This document shows, piece by piece, positions 18,297 through 28,083 of a stretch of DNA of 64,000 bases; position 1 is the stretch's first letter, and each line of letters begins with the position of its first letter. Below the pieces are notes generated by a model. The model was not told the origin of the DNA. It worked only from the letters and a program-made list of their open reading frames with translations, and made no database searches. This DNA is from a virus: positions 1-64,000 of the IMG/VR virus record IMGVR_UViG_3300032156_000001; one strand, 5' to 3'. Both the position numbers and the translations under genes were made by a program.

Positions 18297-19357
18297 CGGC
18301 CGTGCAAGAGACGGTCCTCAATCCCACCCTGTACGCCGTGCTGAAGGCGACGTTCGGGGAAGTGAGAGTGACCAACCAGGGGCAGCGGGCCGTGATACGG
18401 ACCCGGCCCGGCTTCACCGATCCGTCGAAGATGGAGCGGGTGGTCATAGATTCCGGCGAGGAATACCACGTCAACTGCCCGTTTTGCGGCGACCAGCGCG
18501 GCCGGCTGTACATCAACTACAGGTGGATGTCGGTGGAGGACACTGCCAATGTCCGCTACCTGGCGCGCGGCGAGAACGGCAGCATGGCCAATCGGTACTT
18601 GGCGCATTGCTTCAACGAGGAGTGCGACCTGTCCCAGCTGGCCGACCTTCTGAAGCCGTACGTGGCCAGGAGGATGAAGATCGTGATGCCGACGGAAGAG
18701 AAGGTCACCGACAAGCTGTTCGTCGAGACGGGGCTGCCCGAGCAGAGCGTCCCCCTGACCAGCCTGCCGCCCGACCATCCCGCCATTCAGTACGTGAAGG
18801 GCCGCAACTTCGACCCGGCCGAGCTGCACGCGAAGTGGCACATCCACTTCTGTTCCTGGGATGTGAACGAGCTGGTGTCGAACCGGCTGATCTTCCCGGT
18901 CTACTGGACCGGCAAGCAGGTGGGTTGGCAGGCGAGGAGCATACACCCCAACCCCAGCGTGAAGTATTACACGATGCCCGGGCTCAACAAGAACTTTCTC
19001 CTGTACAACGGGGAACGGGCAAGGAACTACCCGTGCGGGATCCTGGTCGAGGGCGTCTTCGACTGCTTCAGAGTCGGCGAGATGGCTATCGCGCCGCTGG
19101 GCACGTCGCTCAGCGCGACGCAGCGGGACCTGATAACCAAGTTCTGGGGGGACAGGGCGTTCGGCATCATGCTCGACGCCGACGCGGAGAAAAAGGTGGA
19201 GAAGCTGAAGTGGATTTTCCAAACAGGAGCGTTCAAGCAGGGACTTTTCACCGTGAGGCTTCCGGGCGGCAAGGATCCGGCTGATCTAGCACGCGATGAA
19301 CTGTGGCAGATCATACTGGGCGAAGCGCGGCGGCAGGGAGTCAACCTCGGAGGTTAG
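18293..19357 (+). CDS. dnaG: DNA primase (Zn finger plus TOPRIM)
   Basis: CPFCGD...HCFNEEC, ILVEGVFD, LDAD. Confidence 0.85.
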   Translation: MTAVQETVLNPTLYAVLKATFGEVRVTNQGQRAVIRTRPGFTDPSKMERVVIDSGEEYHVNCPFCGDQRGRLYINYRWMSVEDTANVRYLARGENGSMANRYLAHCFNEECDLSQLADLLKPYVARRMKIVMPTEEKVTDKLFVETGLPEQSVPLTSLPPDHPAIQYVKGRNFDPAELHAKWHIHFCSWDVNELVSNRLIFPVYWTGKQVGWQARSIHPNPSVKYYTMPGLNKNFLLYNGERARNYPCGILVEGVFDCFRVGEMAIAPLGTSLSATQRDLITKFWGDRAFGIMLDADAEKKVEKLKWIFQTGAFKQGLFTVRLPGGKDPADLARDELWQIILGEARRQGVNLGG

Positions 19358-22300
19358 ATGGCTGAACAGCCGGTCAATACCCCGGCAGTTACCGACAGCG
19401 AGATCTTTCAGTACATGGACCGCGTCGTGGCGCCGTTGGCGCCGCTCACAGAGATGTACGGGCGGGGGATGAAGCTCTACAACCTGCCCGCGCCGGAGGA
19501 CGTGGCGAAGCTGGCGCTCTTCGCGCCGACGCTGCTGCCCGTGTACGAGAAGGGCAGCCCCGACGGCAGGCAGGTGTGGTTCGTGCCTTCCACGGTCTTC
19601 GACAGCAACGAGCGCGGCCCGCGCAGGAAGCACAGGGTCATGATCATCGGCAAGGTCCTCGGGAAGGACGAGGAAGCCAGGTGCGCCAACTTCATAGGCC
19701 CGTCGGGCGACCTCATCAAGAGCGTCGCCAGCGAGATAAAGCTGAACATGTCCGACTTCTACGTCGGAAACGTGGTCAGGTTCCTGCCGCCCGACGGCGG
19801 CAAGACTCTGCACCGCCTCCACATCGCGGACTGCATGCCGCTACTGCTCCGCGACATCCTGATGGTCGAGCCGGAATGGCTGCTCCTCATGGGCGCCGAC
19901 GCGGTTCGCGCCGTCTTCGGCAAGGCGTCGCTGGAGGCCGTGCGCTCCAGCGTGTTCTACTTCGAGAACGGCGTACACCAGCTCGGGTCCGGCAAGCTGC
20001 CGCCCCGGCTGGACGACGAGGCGGCGCTCGTGAAGCCGGCGAAGGGATTCAAGGTCTTCGCGACGACGCACCCCGTGCGGGTACTGCGCGAGTCCGGCTT
20101 CCTGGAGGGCTTCCGCGCCGACATGATAAAGTTCCAGAGGCTGCTGTGCGGAGGGGCCTCGCCGGTGGTCGCCAAGCCGGTCGATTACCAGTTCACGGCG
20201 AACCTGGACGGCGTCAAGCGATACGTTGATATGTACCGCCCCGTCGCCGGCCCTTTTGAGGTGGCTGTCGACTGCGAGTGGGGCGGGGATCCGCAGGGCG
20301 ACGGCGAGCTTCGGACGGTCCAGCTGTGCATGAGGGAACGCACGGCGGTCGTGCTCAGCTTGTGCGAGCCCGGCGGCATCCGCCTTCACAAGGAGAAGGA
20401 GCGCGGGGAGATCTTCGAGTATCTCCGCGTCCTGCTGACCGATCCCCTGTGCAGGATCATAGGCCACAACTTCCGCGCCGACGCCAAGTGGTTGGCGTCG
20501 CGGGGCCTGGACGTCGTCGAGCACCTGTCGTTCGACACGATGCTTGCCGACCACGTCCTCAACGAGAACTCCGAGCACGGCCTGGAGGCCTGCGCGGTCC
20601 GCTACACCGACATGGGCAGGTACGACTACAACCTGGCCCAGTGGATCAAGGCCAACGGCAACAAGAAGGAGCGCGGGTATCTCGACGTGCCCGACGACAT
20701 CCTGCTGCCGTACGCCGCCAAGGACGCCGACTGCACGCTCAGGGTCAAGAGCGCCCTGGCGCTGCAGCTGGACGACCCCAACAACGCGCCGCTGAAGCGG
20801 CTCTTCCACGAGATCGTGATGCCGTGCAACCTCCCGATCCACGAGATCGAGATGTCGGGCATCCTTGCCGACCGCAACCGCATGGTCGGGATGACGGACG
20901 CCTACGCGGCCAAGCGCGAGGAGATACAGAACGACATCCGGCTCAAGCTGGGCATGCCCGAGTTCAACGCGCGCAGCACGCAGCAGCTGCAGAAGCTGCT
21001 GTTCGGGCCGCCCGTCAACGGCGGCCTCGGCCTGTCTCCGCTCAAGACGACCGGCAAGCCGGCCAAGATGTGGGACGAGATCCCCGTCAACGAGCGCAGC
21101 CGCCACAGCGCGTCGGTGGACATGGAGAGCGTCGAGGCGCTCGCCTCGGCCCATCCCATCGCCGACAGGATCCGCGACTTCAAGATCGTGGACCAGGTCA
21201 TAAAGAACTTCCTGTGCCCGAAGACGGAAGCGGGCGACCAGGAGGACGACTACGAGAAGGGCCTGATCTCCTGCATAGCCCCGGACGGCAGGATCAGGAC
21301 CACGATCTCGCAGATGAGCGAGACCGGCCGCCACAAGAGCAGCCGGCCCAACTGCTTCGTTGCCGGCACCGAGTACCTGATCAAGCGCGGGTGGATGCTG
21401 CTGGACGAGACGAACGACAGCGACGAATTCGCCCAGATGGACACCGAAGACCGCCTGATCACCTTCGAGAAGCCGCTGGCGAAGACGTGGTTTCGCTACA
21501 AGGGCGACATCGTCACGCTGCGCAGCCGCTACGTGGACCTGGCCATGACGACCGACCACGTGTGCCTGTACTGGGACGGCCGCGGATTCCCGGGAGCCTA
21601 CTGCAGGAGGATGGCGATAGAATCGCCGCACTCCTTGAAGGCGGTACATGCCGGGCGGAGGCCGGAAGGGGAGTACCTGAACGACCTCCAGTCCGTGCTG
21701 GTTGCCATGATGGTCCTGCACGGCGGCATAATGGAAAGCGGCAGGATGCCCATCGCGGACCTGACGCCGGCGCGGGCCGCGTGGGTCCTCGAGGGACTGA
21801 AGCACTACGGCTTCGAGCACGACGGCTATTACAGCGAGGGCCGCAGGCACGCGGTGTGGATCACCGTCCCCAAGCCGCTGAGGCAGATGACGTCGCTGGG
21901 CCCGTGGATCTTCTTCCTAGCCGGCGAGTCGTGCGGCAACCTCGCGAAGGCGTTCGAGCGCTGGCAGGCGCAGACGGGCAAATTGACGTTCCCAAGCCCC
22001 TCCCAGCTTGACTGGTTCCAGGCGCTGATGGCCATGTCGGGATACCGGACAGCCCCGTGCGGCGAGCTTCAGCTGCCGTCGACGGCGCGCGCGGGGGGCG
22101 GCTACGTCAGCTCGCTGAGGCACGCGAAGCACAAGATCGAGAAGTACGACGGCTGGGTCGGCTGCGTCCGCATGCCGAAGGGCACGGTCGTCGTGAGGCA
22201 CAAGGGCAAGGTGTGCATCACGGGCCAGTGCCAGAACCTGCCGAAGAGGCGCGACGAGGACCAGGTCAGGATCATGGGCGCGGGCACGCCGAAGCTGCGG

Positions 22301-23245
22301 TCGTGCTTCACTATCCCGGATGGTAACGTCCTCATAGAGGCCGACTACAAGTCGGCGGAGATATTCACGCTGGGCCGGCTGTCGCGCTGCCAGAAGCTGG
22401 TCAGCGACGCCCGCACGGACATCCATGCCCGCGGCGCGGTCACGCGCTTCGGCGCGCCGAAATGGGACGGCTTCGACGCGAACAAATTGCCCCCGAAGGA
22501 ATGGAAGGAAGACACGCACAACAAGACGCTGCGAATCTGCAGCAAGACAGTGGTGTTTGGGATTCCGTACCAAAGAGGTGCCGCGGCGATAGCCCGCGAG
22601 ATAGTGAAAGCCACGAAAGGCCAGGTGGCCTGCACGAAAGAGAAAGCCCAGGGCTTCATAGACGGGTTCTACGATGATTACCAGGAGACCAGGGAGTACG
22701 TCGAGCTGTGCTACCGGTCGGTCCTGGTGCCCGGGTACATCACGAACGCGCAGGGGCGGCGGAGGAGGTTCTACGCCTCCGGCGCCACCGAGCGGTCCGT
22801 GCTGGCCGCGTTCCAGCGGGAGGCGACGAACTTTCCAATACAGTCCTCGGTGGCCGACACGCTCAACAACGCGCTTATCAACCTGTACCACTGGCGCCGG
22901 CTGAACCCCGGGGAGGCGACCTACAAGATCCTCCTGGCGGTCCACGACGCCATACTGATCGAGACGCCTGGCGAGTGCGCCCGCGTCGTGATAGAACGCG
23001 TGCTCCCTGAGTGCATGTCGCGGGGGGCTGTCATCCCGTCCTGGAAACCGGTGGTGCCGCACATGAAGCCGGACCCGGAGGGGAACGAGGTTGAGGACCT
23101 GCTCGGGCACATCAAGGAATGGGTGACCGAGCCGTTCACGCTCGACATAGACGTTGAGCTGGGCACTCGTTGGGGCGAGCCCGCCACGCCGGAGGACCTG
23201 AAGGCCCGCGGCGTGCCGGACGACATCATAGAGAAGTACGTCTAG
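19358..23245 (+). CDS. polA: family A DNA polymerase with N-terminal UDG family-4-like domain, 3'-5' exonuclease and intein
   Basis: UDG-like FIGPSG, YVGNVV, THPVRVLR; exonuclease VDCE, GHNFRAD, YAAKDAD; polymerase DYKSAE, KTVVFGIPY, NFPIQS, VHDA. Confidence 0.9.
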   Translation: MAEQPVNTPAVTDSEIFQYMDRVVAPLAPLTEMYGRGMKLYNLPAPEDVAKLALFAPTLLPVYEKGSPDGRQVWFVPSTVFDSNERGPRRKHRVMIIGKVLGKDEEARCANFIGPSGDLIKSVASEIKLNMSDFYVGNVVRFLPPDGGKTLHRLHIADCMPLLLRDILMVEPEWLLLMGADAVRAVFGKASLEAVRSSVFYFENGVHQLGSGKLPPRLDDEAALVKPAKGFKVFATTHPVRVLRESGFLEGFRADMIKFQRLLCGGASPVVAKPVDYQFTANLDGVKRYVDMYRPVAGPFEVAVDCEWGGDPQGDGELRTVQLCMRERTAVVLSLCEPGGIRLHKEKERGEIFEYLRVLLTDPLCRIIGHNFRADAKWLASRGLDVVEHLSFDTMLADHVLNENSEHGLEACAVRYTDMGRYDYNLAQWIKANGNKKERGYLDVPDDILLPYAAKDADCTLRVKSALALQLDDPNNAPLKRLFHEIVMPCNLPIHEIEMSGILADRNRMVGMTDAYAAKREEIQNDIRLKLGMPEFNARSTQQLQKLLFGPPVNGGLGLSPLKTTGKPAKMWDEIPVNERSRHSASVDMESVEALASAHPIADRIRDFKIVDQVIKNFLCPKTEAGDQEDDYEKGLISCIAPDGRIRTTISQMSETGRHKSSRPNCFVAGTEYLIKRGWMLLDETNDSDEFAQMDTEDRLITFEKPLAKTWFRYKGDIVTLRSRYVDLAMTTDHVCLYWDGRGFPGAYCRRMAIESPHSLKAVHAGRRPEGEYLNDLQSVLVAMMVLHGGIMESGRMPIADLTPARAAWVLEGLKHYGFEHDGYYSEGRRHAVWITVPKPLRQMTSLGPWIFFLAGESCGNLAKAFERWQAQTGKLTFPSPSQLDWFQALMAMSGYRTAPCGELQLPSTARAGGGYVSSLRHAKHKIEKYDGWVGCVRMPKGTVVVRHKGKVCITGQCQNLPKRRDEDQVRIMGAGTPKLRSCFTIPDGNVLIEADYKSAEIFTLGRLSRCQKLVSDARTDIHARGAVTRFGAPKWDGFDANKLPPKEWKEDTHNKTLRICSKTVVFGIPYQRGAAAIAREIVKATKGQVACTKEKAQGFIDGFYDDYQETREYVELCYRSVLVPGYITNAQGRRRRFYASGATERSVLAAFQREATNFPIQSSVADTLNNALINLYHWRRLNPGEATYKILLAVHDAILIETPGECARVVIERVLPECMSRGAVIPSWKPVVPHMKPDPEGNEVEDLLGHIKEWVTEPFTLDIDVELGTRWGEPATPEDLKARGVPDDIIEKYV
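21353..22228 (+). mobile_element. intein (292 aa) in PolA with degenerate LAGLIDADG-like insert
   Basis: Interrupts SRPN|CQNLP; begins CFVAGTEYL, ends VVRHKGKVCITGQ, followed by Cys+1. Confidence 0.85.
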
Positions 23246-23254
23246 GAGGGCACG

Positions 23255-24724
23255 ATGGGTTACAGGGAAAGGCTGGCGGTAGGGCAGGCGCAGGATCGGG
23301 CGGCGAAGCAGTTCAGCCTGAACTACATCACGAAGCCTGGCGCGATCCACCAGGTGTACTTCGGCGGCATGAAGGGGCCGACCATCTTCCGCATCTTCCC
23401 CGAGATGAGGAACGGCGTCGAGCTCCCCTTCCGCAACAGCGACGGGCTCAACGACTTCTCCGAGTGGATAGTCGCTGAGCGCATGGTCCGCGGGGCCGGC
23501 GCGCTGGGCAGGAAGTTCAACGCGCTGACGCGGGTCAAGGGGGTCCTGGATACGTCGTTCGGCCCCCTCGAGACGTTCCTGTCGGACCTCCGCAGGGTGC
23601 TGCGGACGCCGGGCGCCAACCCGGACATCCCGCAGGAGTGGTACAACTGGGTACGCCAGCAGAACCAGGGGCAGCAGCGGCAGGGCTTCGGCGATATCGT
23701 CCCCGCCGTGTCGATGTGCGGGTTCGTCCAGGCCGCGATCTTCGCGGTCAACAACAGGTACTTCATGGACGAGCACAGGCAGTGGAAGCCGACGATGCAG
23801 GGCGTCGTCGCGCTGATGCCGACCGCGCGCGAGTCGCTGGAGGAGATCGGCAACACCGAGAACAGGGAGTACAAGGGCGGCGATCCGAAGGACTATACCA
23901 ACCGGTACGTCCTCGGGCCGTACATCTCGCTGACGGTCGGCGGCCTGATCCAGCTGAACCTGGTGCCGCCGTCCGGCAAGAGCATCACGCACTACGAGGT
24001 CCAGCTGACCACCAATGCGTTCCCGGTCGGCGCCCAGGCCGCCGCCGTCTACTGGCAGCCGTGGGACGACCTGTTCTGGTTCATGACCGAGGAGGAGCAG
24101 CTGAAGCTCCTGGCGGACAATTACCCGCCGGAGGCGGTGGACTACGTGTTCGGCAGCGTCAAGCGCTACGCCGACAAGCTGCCGCAGGGCGTGCACGGCA
24201 AGTGGAGCGAGCTGACCCGCAAGCGGGTGTCCGCGTCGATGGGCGCGGGCGCGCAGCTGCCGATACCGGCGGGATTCCAGCCGCAGCAGCAGCCGACGCC
24301 GATCCCGAGCGCGGCACTGCCGCAGATGCCGGCCCAGAGGCCGGTCCAGGCAGCGGCGCCGCAGGCGCCGGCGACCTCCCCGCCGGGCATAGTCCCCGGA
24401 GTCGCCCTCCAGCCGTCGGGCACGACGGAAGAGGACGGCGGCGACGAGCCGGTCGCTATGGACACGGTGGAGCTTCAGAAGCAGATCCACCTGAATGAGG
24501 CAAGGAAGACGTCGGCGGAGCAGCCGATACCTCCGGCCGGAGCCGCCATAGACCCGTTCAAGCCGATCGTGGGATCGGTCCTGCCGGGCGCGGCAACGCC
24601 GCCCGCGAGCGCCGACCCGTCGATGGCCGACGCCTCGCTGGAGCGCGCGCGCAGGCAGCTGGCGGACGCGCAGAACGCCATGAAGAAGCCGACGGGCCCG
24701 GTACAGCCGCCGCCGGCGCAATAG
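23255..24724 (+). CDS. putative ssDNA-binding/recombination protein with Pro/Ala/Gln-rich tail
   Basis: Lies between polA and recA; IFRIFP motif reminiscent of gp32-type SSBs; function inferred only. Confidence 0.4.
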   Translation: MGYRERLAVGQAQDRAAKQFSLNYITKPGAIHQVYFGGMKGPTIFRIFPEMRNGVELPFRNSDGLNDFSEWIVAERMVRGAGALGRKFNALTRVKGVLDTSFGPLETFLSDLRRVLRTPGANPDIPQEWYNWVRQQNQGQQRQGFGDIVPAVSMCGFVQAAIFAVNNRYFMDEHRQWKPTMQGVVALMPTARESLEEIGNTENREYKGGDPKDYTNRYVLGPYISLTVGGLIQLNLVPPSGKSITHYEVQLTTNAFPVGAQAAAVYWQPWDDLFWFMTEEEQLKLLADNYPPEAVDYVFGSVKRYADKLPQGVHGKWSELTRKRVSASMGAGAQLPIPAGFQPQQQPTPIPSAALPQMPAQRPVQAAAPQAPATSPPGIVPGVALQPSGTTEEDGGDEPVAMDTVELQKQIHLNEARKTSAEQPIPPAGAAIDPFKPIVGSVLPGAATPPASADPSMADASLERARRQLADAQNAMKKPTGPVQPPPAQ

Positions 24725-24730
24725 TGAAGG

Positions 24731-24748
24731 TTTCCAAGGCCTTGGAGA
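24731..24748. promoter_or_regulatory. palindrome TTTCCAA-GGCC-TTGGAGA (1 mismatch) overlapping the recA SD
   Basis: Contains GGAG, 7 nt before ATG 24755. Confidence 0.6.
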
Positions 24749-24754
24749 ATGGAC

Positions 24755-26035
24755 ATGGCCAAGAAAGAATCGCCGCTCCTGGGGCAGTTCTACGCCAAGA
24801 CCAAGGAGCTGCACCCGGACAGGATACATGACGGCGGGTCCGCCGACGAGAGCATCAACGCCGGCGTGCCCATCCCCTATCTCAGCCTCATGTACCTGCT
24901 GAACAGCACGGTCCTGTCACTGTCGAAAGCGATCGGCCTGGCAGGGCCGGCCATGTCTCAGAAGTCGTCGCTGGGCTACGAGTTCATCCGGCTGGTCCAG
25001 CGGTACAGCGGCGCCGGCGTCCTGATCGACAGCGAGGGCAACAAGTTCAACCCCTCGCTGATACGGTCCATCATGGGCGACGCCGCCTACGACGACAGGA
25101 ACAAGTTCAACATCCTGACCGCGCTCGACTCGGACGAGTCGCTGCGGCACATGACCGGTTTCATGAAGTGGGTGCGCGAGAGCGAGATCCAGCGCACGCC
25201 GCTGGCCCTCGTCCTGGACAGCCTTTACGGCACCGCGACGGAGGGCATGGTGGAGAAGCAGGACAGGGAGGGCGTGCTGCAGGCGGACTTCGCGCGGGTC
25301 GCGCAGTTCTGGACGCGCAACATGCAGGCGTTCATCCCGCAGCTCGTCGGTTGGCCAGTCCTGTTCGTGTTCACCAACCATCTGAAGGACATCCCGTCCG
25401 TCATGCCCGGCGGCCCGCCCGGCAAGACCACGCCCGGCGGGGTCGCCCAGCGGTTCTACGCGTCGAACTACCTCCACATGCGCCGCGTGGAGCGCAGGCA
25501 GGCGAAGACGGCCGAGGAGGACGGCGACGCCGTGCGCAAGATCCAGGAGATCCGCACCATCGAGCTGAAGCTCAACAAGACGAGCCTGGGCATAGACGCG
25601 CGGAAGGTCAACGTCGACTTCGTGTGGTGGTACAGGGACGACACGGACAGGAAGCAGGTCACCCAGTGGGACTGGGACTCCGCCACGGCGTACCTCCTCC
25701 TCGAGGAGCAGGGCAACGCCGACAACACCGGCAAGGCGCTGCGCGGCGTGGTGGACGTTCGCATGGACAAGAAGCGGTTCAGCAGCAGCGTGCTGAAGCT
25801 GAAGGACGTGCCTGCCCACGAACTGGGTGCGGCGGTCCATGCCGACCGGGCGCTGATAGACGCGCTGGTCTCGTTCATGCACATCCAGCGCAACCCCGTC
25901 TGGCCCGGCCTGCGGCTCACGGACGCGCCGCAGGCGAAGGCGGAGGAGAAGCAGCCGGAGGAAAAGCCGGCTGAGAAGCCGGCCAAGGCGGACAAGCCGC
26001 CGCCGAAGGCGCCCAACGGCCTCGACATGGGTTGA
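24755..26035 (+). CDS. recA: RecA/UvsX-like recombinase
   Basis: GPAMSQKSSL Walker A variant, VLDSL, FTNHLKD, TPGGVAQRFYAS. Confidence 0.82.
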   Translation: MAKKESPLLGQFYAKTKELHPDRIHDGGSADESINAGVPIPYLSLMYLLNSTVLSLSKAIGLAGPAMSQKSSLGYEFIRLVQRYSGAGVLIDSEGNKFNPSLIRSIMGDAAYDDRNKFNILTALDSDESLRHMTGFMKWVRESEIQRTPLALVLDSLYGTATEGMVEKQDREGVLQADFARVAQFWTRNMQAFIPQLVGWPVLFVFTNHLKDIPSVMPGGPPGKTTPGGVAQRFYASNYLHMRRVERRQAKTAEEDGDAVRKIQEIRTIELKLNKTSLGIDARKVNVDFVWWYRDDTDRKQVTQWDWDSATAYLLLEEQGNADNTGKALRGVVDVRMDKKRFSSSVLKLKDVPAHELGAAVHADRALIDALVSFMHIQRNPVWPGLRLTDAPQAKAEEKQPEEKPAEKPAKADKPPPKAPNGLDMG

Positions 26036-26649
26036 CGGAAGTTTTGCCCTCCGTTATCATCCGTATTGTTGAGGCGGAGGGCAACTTTGTGGTCACCGTC
26101 ACGGCCGCGCGCGACATAAGGACGGACGCCGGCTTCACGATCGCGAGGGCCGGCGCGCGCGGGACCCTGCTGGAGGGCGCGGAGCCGACGCTGCCGTGCA
26201 ACTTCGGCAAGGTCCTGATCCGCTTCGACGGGCGTCAGCGCGGCTACTGGGTCGCGCCGGACGTCCTCAGGAACGGGCACGGCCTCGCCCAGTACGTCAG
26301 CCAGAAACCGAAGCCGCGCCGCGCGCCCGGACCGCCGCGGCGCGGCTTCGCCTATGAGTACGACTTCGGCGCCAACCTGCGCATCGTCCGCAAGGCCAGG
26401 GGCGTCACGCAGGCCGAGCTGGCGGCGCTGATGGAGAGGAACGGGCACGTGGCCGCGCAGAGCACCATCTGCTTCCGGGAGCGGGAGGCGGCCAGCCCGT
26501 GCAGCGAGTTCGTCAACGCGGCGGCGCGCGCGCTGGAGGTGCCGCCGTTCGTGCTGTTCCTGCCGTTCATGGACTGCGGGGTCTACCCGCAGATCAGGGA
26601 GTTCCTTTGCAGCACGTCCAGCGCGTGCTGCGCGGGAGCGGACGAATGA
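26032..26649 (+). CDS. XRE-family HTH protein
   Basis: FGANLRIVRKARGVTQAELAALM. Confidence 0.7.
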   Translation: MTEVLPSVIIRIVEAEGNFVVTVTAARDIRTDAGFTIARAGARGTLLEGAEPTLPCNFGKVLIRFDGRQRGYWVAPDVLRNGHGLAQYVSQKPKPRRAPGPPRRGFAYEYDFGANLRIVRKARGVTQAELAALMERNGHVAAQSTICFREREAASPCSEFVNAAARALEVPPFVLFLPFMDCGVYPQIREFLCSTSSACCAGADE

Positions 26650-26659
26650 GGAGACCGTC

Positions 26660-27277
26660 ATGAAGGACTTGGCAGAGATCGTCTTCATCATGGACCGCTC
26701 GGGGTCGATGGAGACGATGAGGAACGAGGCCGTCACCGGGTTCAACGCCTTCGTGGAGGAGCAGAAGAAGGTCCCCGGCGAGGCGAACCTGACTCTCGTC
26801 CTGTTCAACCAGGCTTACGAGATCCCGTATTCGGGCAAGAAGCTCGCCGACGTGCCGCCCCTGACGGACAAGACGTACGTCCCCGCCGGCACGACGGCCC
26901 TGCTCGACGCCGTGGGCAGGACGATCGACGACTTGGGCAAGCGCCTGGACGGCGCGCCTGAATCGGATCGGCCGACCCAGGTCATCGTGGTCGTCCTGAC
27001 GGACGGGCTGGAGAACGCCAGCCACGACTACAGGAACGACAGGATCAAGGCGATGATCGAGCACCAGCAGTCGAAGTACAGCTGGAAGTTCCTCTTCCTC
27101 GGCGCCAACCAGGACGCGTTCGAGACGGCCAACGGCATGGGCATTCCCCGCGCGATGTCCGTGAACTATTCCCACACGCCGGACGGTTACGCGCAGGTCT
27201 ATGCGGCGACCGGCCAGTGCGTGAAAAAGCTCAGGACGACCGGGAAGGGGACTCTCTCGGATCCCGTGGGCAAGTGA
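26660..27277 (+). CDS. von Willebrand factor A domain protein
   Basis: MDRSGSM MIDAS, GTTALLDAVG, LTDGLENAS, FLGANQDA. Confidence 0.85.
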   Translation: MKDLAEIVFIMDRSGSMETMRNEAVTGFNAFVEEQKKVPGEANLTLVLFNQAYEIPYSGKKLADVPPLTDKTYVPAGTTALLDAVGRTIDDLGKRLDGAPESDRPTQVIVVVLTDGLENASHDYRNDRIKAMIEHQQSKYSWKFLFLGANQDAFETANGMGIPRAMSVNYSHTPDGYAQVYAATGQCVKKLRTTGKGTLSDPVGK

Positions 27278-28083
27278 GCGGCGTCTTCGCCCTGCTTCGC
27301 CAACGGTATCCCAAGAGCCGATATGCGCTCTTCGCCGAGGTCGGCAGCTCTACCGGCTACCACATTTCGCGGTACGCCGACTTCGTGGTGGCCGCGCTGT
27401 GGCCGTCCGACAACCACGAGTTGTACGGCATCGAGCTGAAGGAGCATCGGTCGGACTGGCTGCATGAGCTGAAGCAGCCTGAGAAGTCCAGCGCCATCTG
27501 CGAGTTCTGCGCGCGGTGGTATCTCCTGTCGTCCAAGGGCGTGGCGAAGAAGGAGGAGATACCGCCGACGTGGGGCTGGCTGGAGCTCAACGACGATTAC
27601 ACGGCCATCCGCTGCTGGCGCGAGGCCGACAAGCGCGAGGCGGTGCCGTTGACGCGCGGGTTCATCATGGCCCTGTTGCGCCGCGCGCAGGAGTATTCGC
27701 CGGCCAAGGAGGAGATCGAGAAGGCCGTCAATCTTCGGCTCAGGACGGAGATCGACTCGCACATAGTGATAGTGAACGAGCTGAACAAGCGCTGGGAGAA
27801 GAAGTTCAAGGATTCCGAGCGCGTGATCGACGAGTTCAACAAGAGAACCGGGATCGACATACGCTATGACTGCTGGGGCCCCGGCGACGTGACGGAGGCT
27901 GTTAAGTTCCTCAAGACTAACGGGTTGGAAGGCGTTCGCGCGGATGTCGAGCGGGCCGCGCACACGCACGAGGACTGCGCCAAGGCGCTTCGCGCCGTCA
28001 TCGAGCCGGCCAAGGATAGCCGGGGCGCGAAGGGACCGGCGGTTGCCGAGGAGGACGAAGGCGCAAAGGAAGGAGATGCCTGA
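27274..28083 (+). CDS. MmcB-like PD-(D/E)xK nuclease-fold protein
   Basis: FAEV...RYADFV...GIELKEHRSDWLHEL. Confidence 0.6.
   Translation: MSGVFALLRQRYPKSRYALFAEVGSSTGYHISRYADFVVAALWPSDNHELYGIELKEHRSDWLHELKQPEKSSAICEFCARWYLLSSKGVAKKEEIPPTWGWLELNDDYTAIRCWREADKREAVPLTRGFIMALLRRAQEYSPAKEEIEKAVNLRLRTEIDSHIVIVNELNKRWEKKFKDSERVIDEFNKRTGIDIRYDCWGPGDVTEAVKFLKTNGLEGVRADVERAAHTHEDCAKALRAVIEPAKDSRGAKGPAVAEEDEGAKEGDA

Noticed and set aside
21917-24829. Very long minus-strand ORFs (also 11616-13382, 19841-21850, 30039-31568 and others)
   Set aside because: Antisense shadows of well-supported + strand genes in high-GC DNA; no recognisable motifs.
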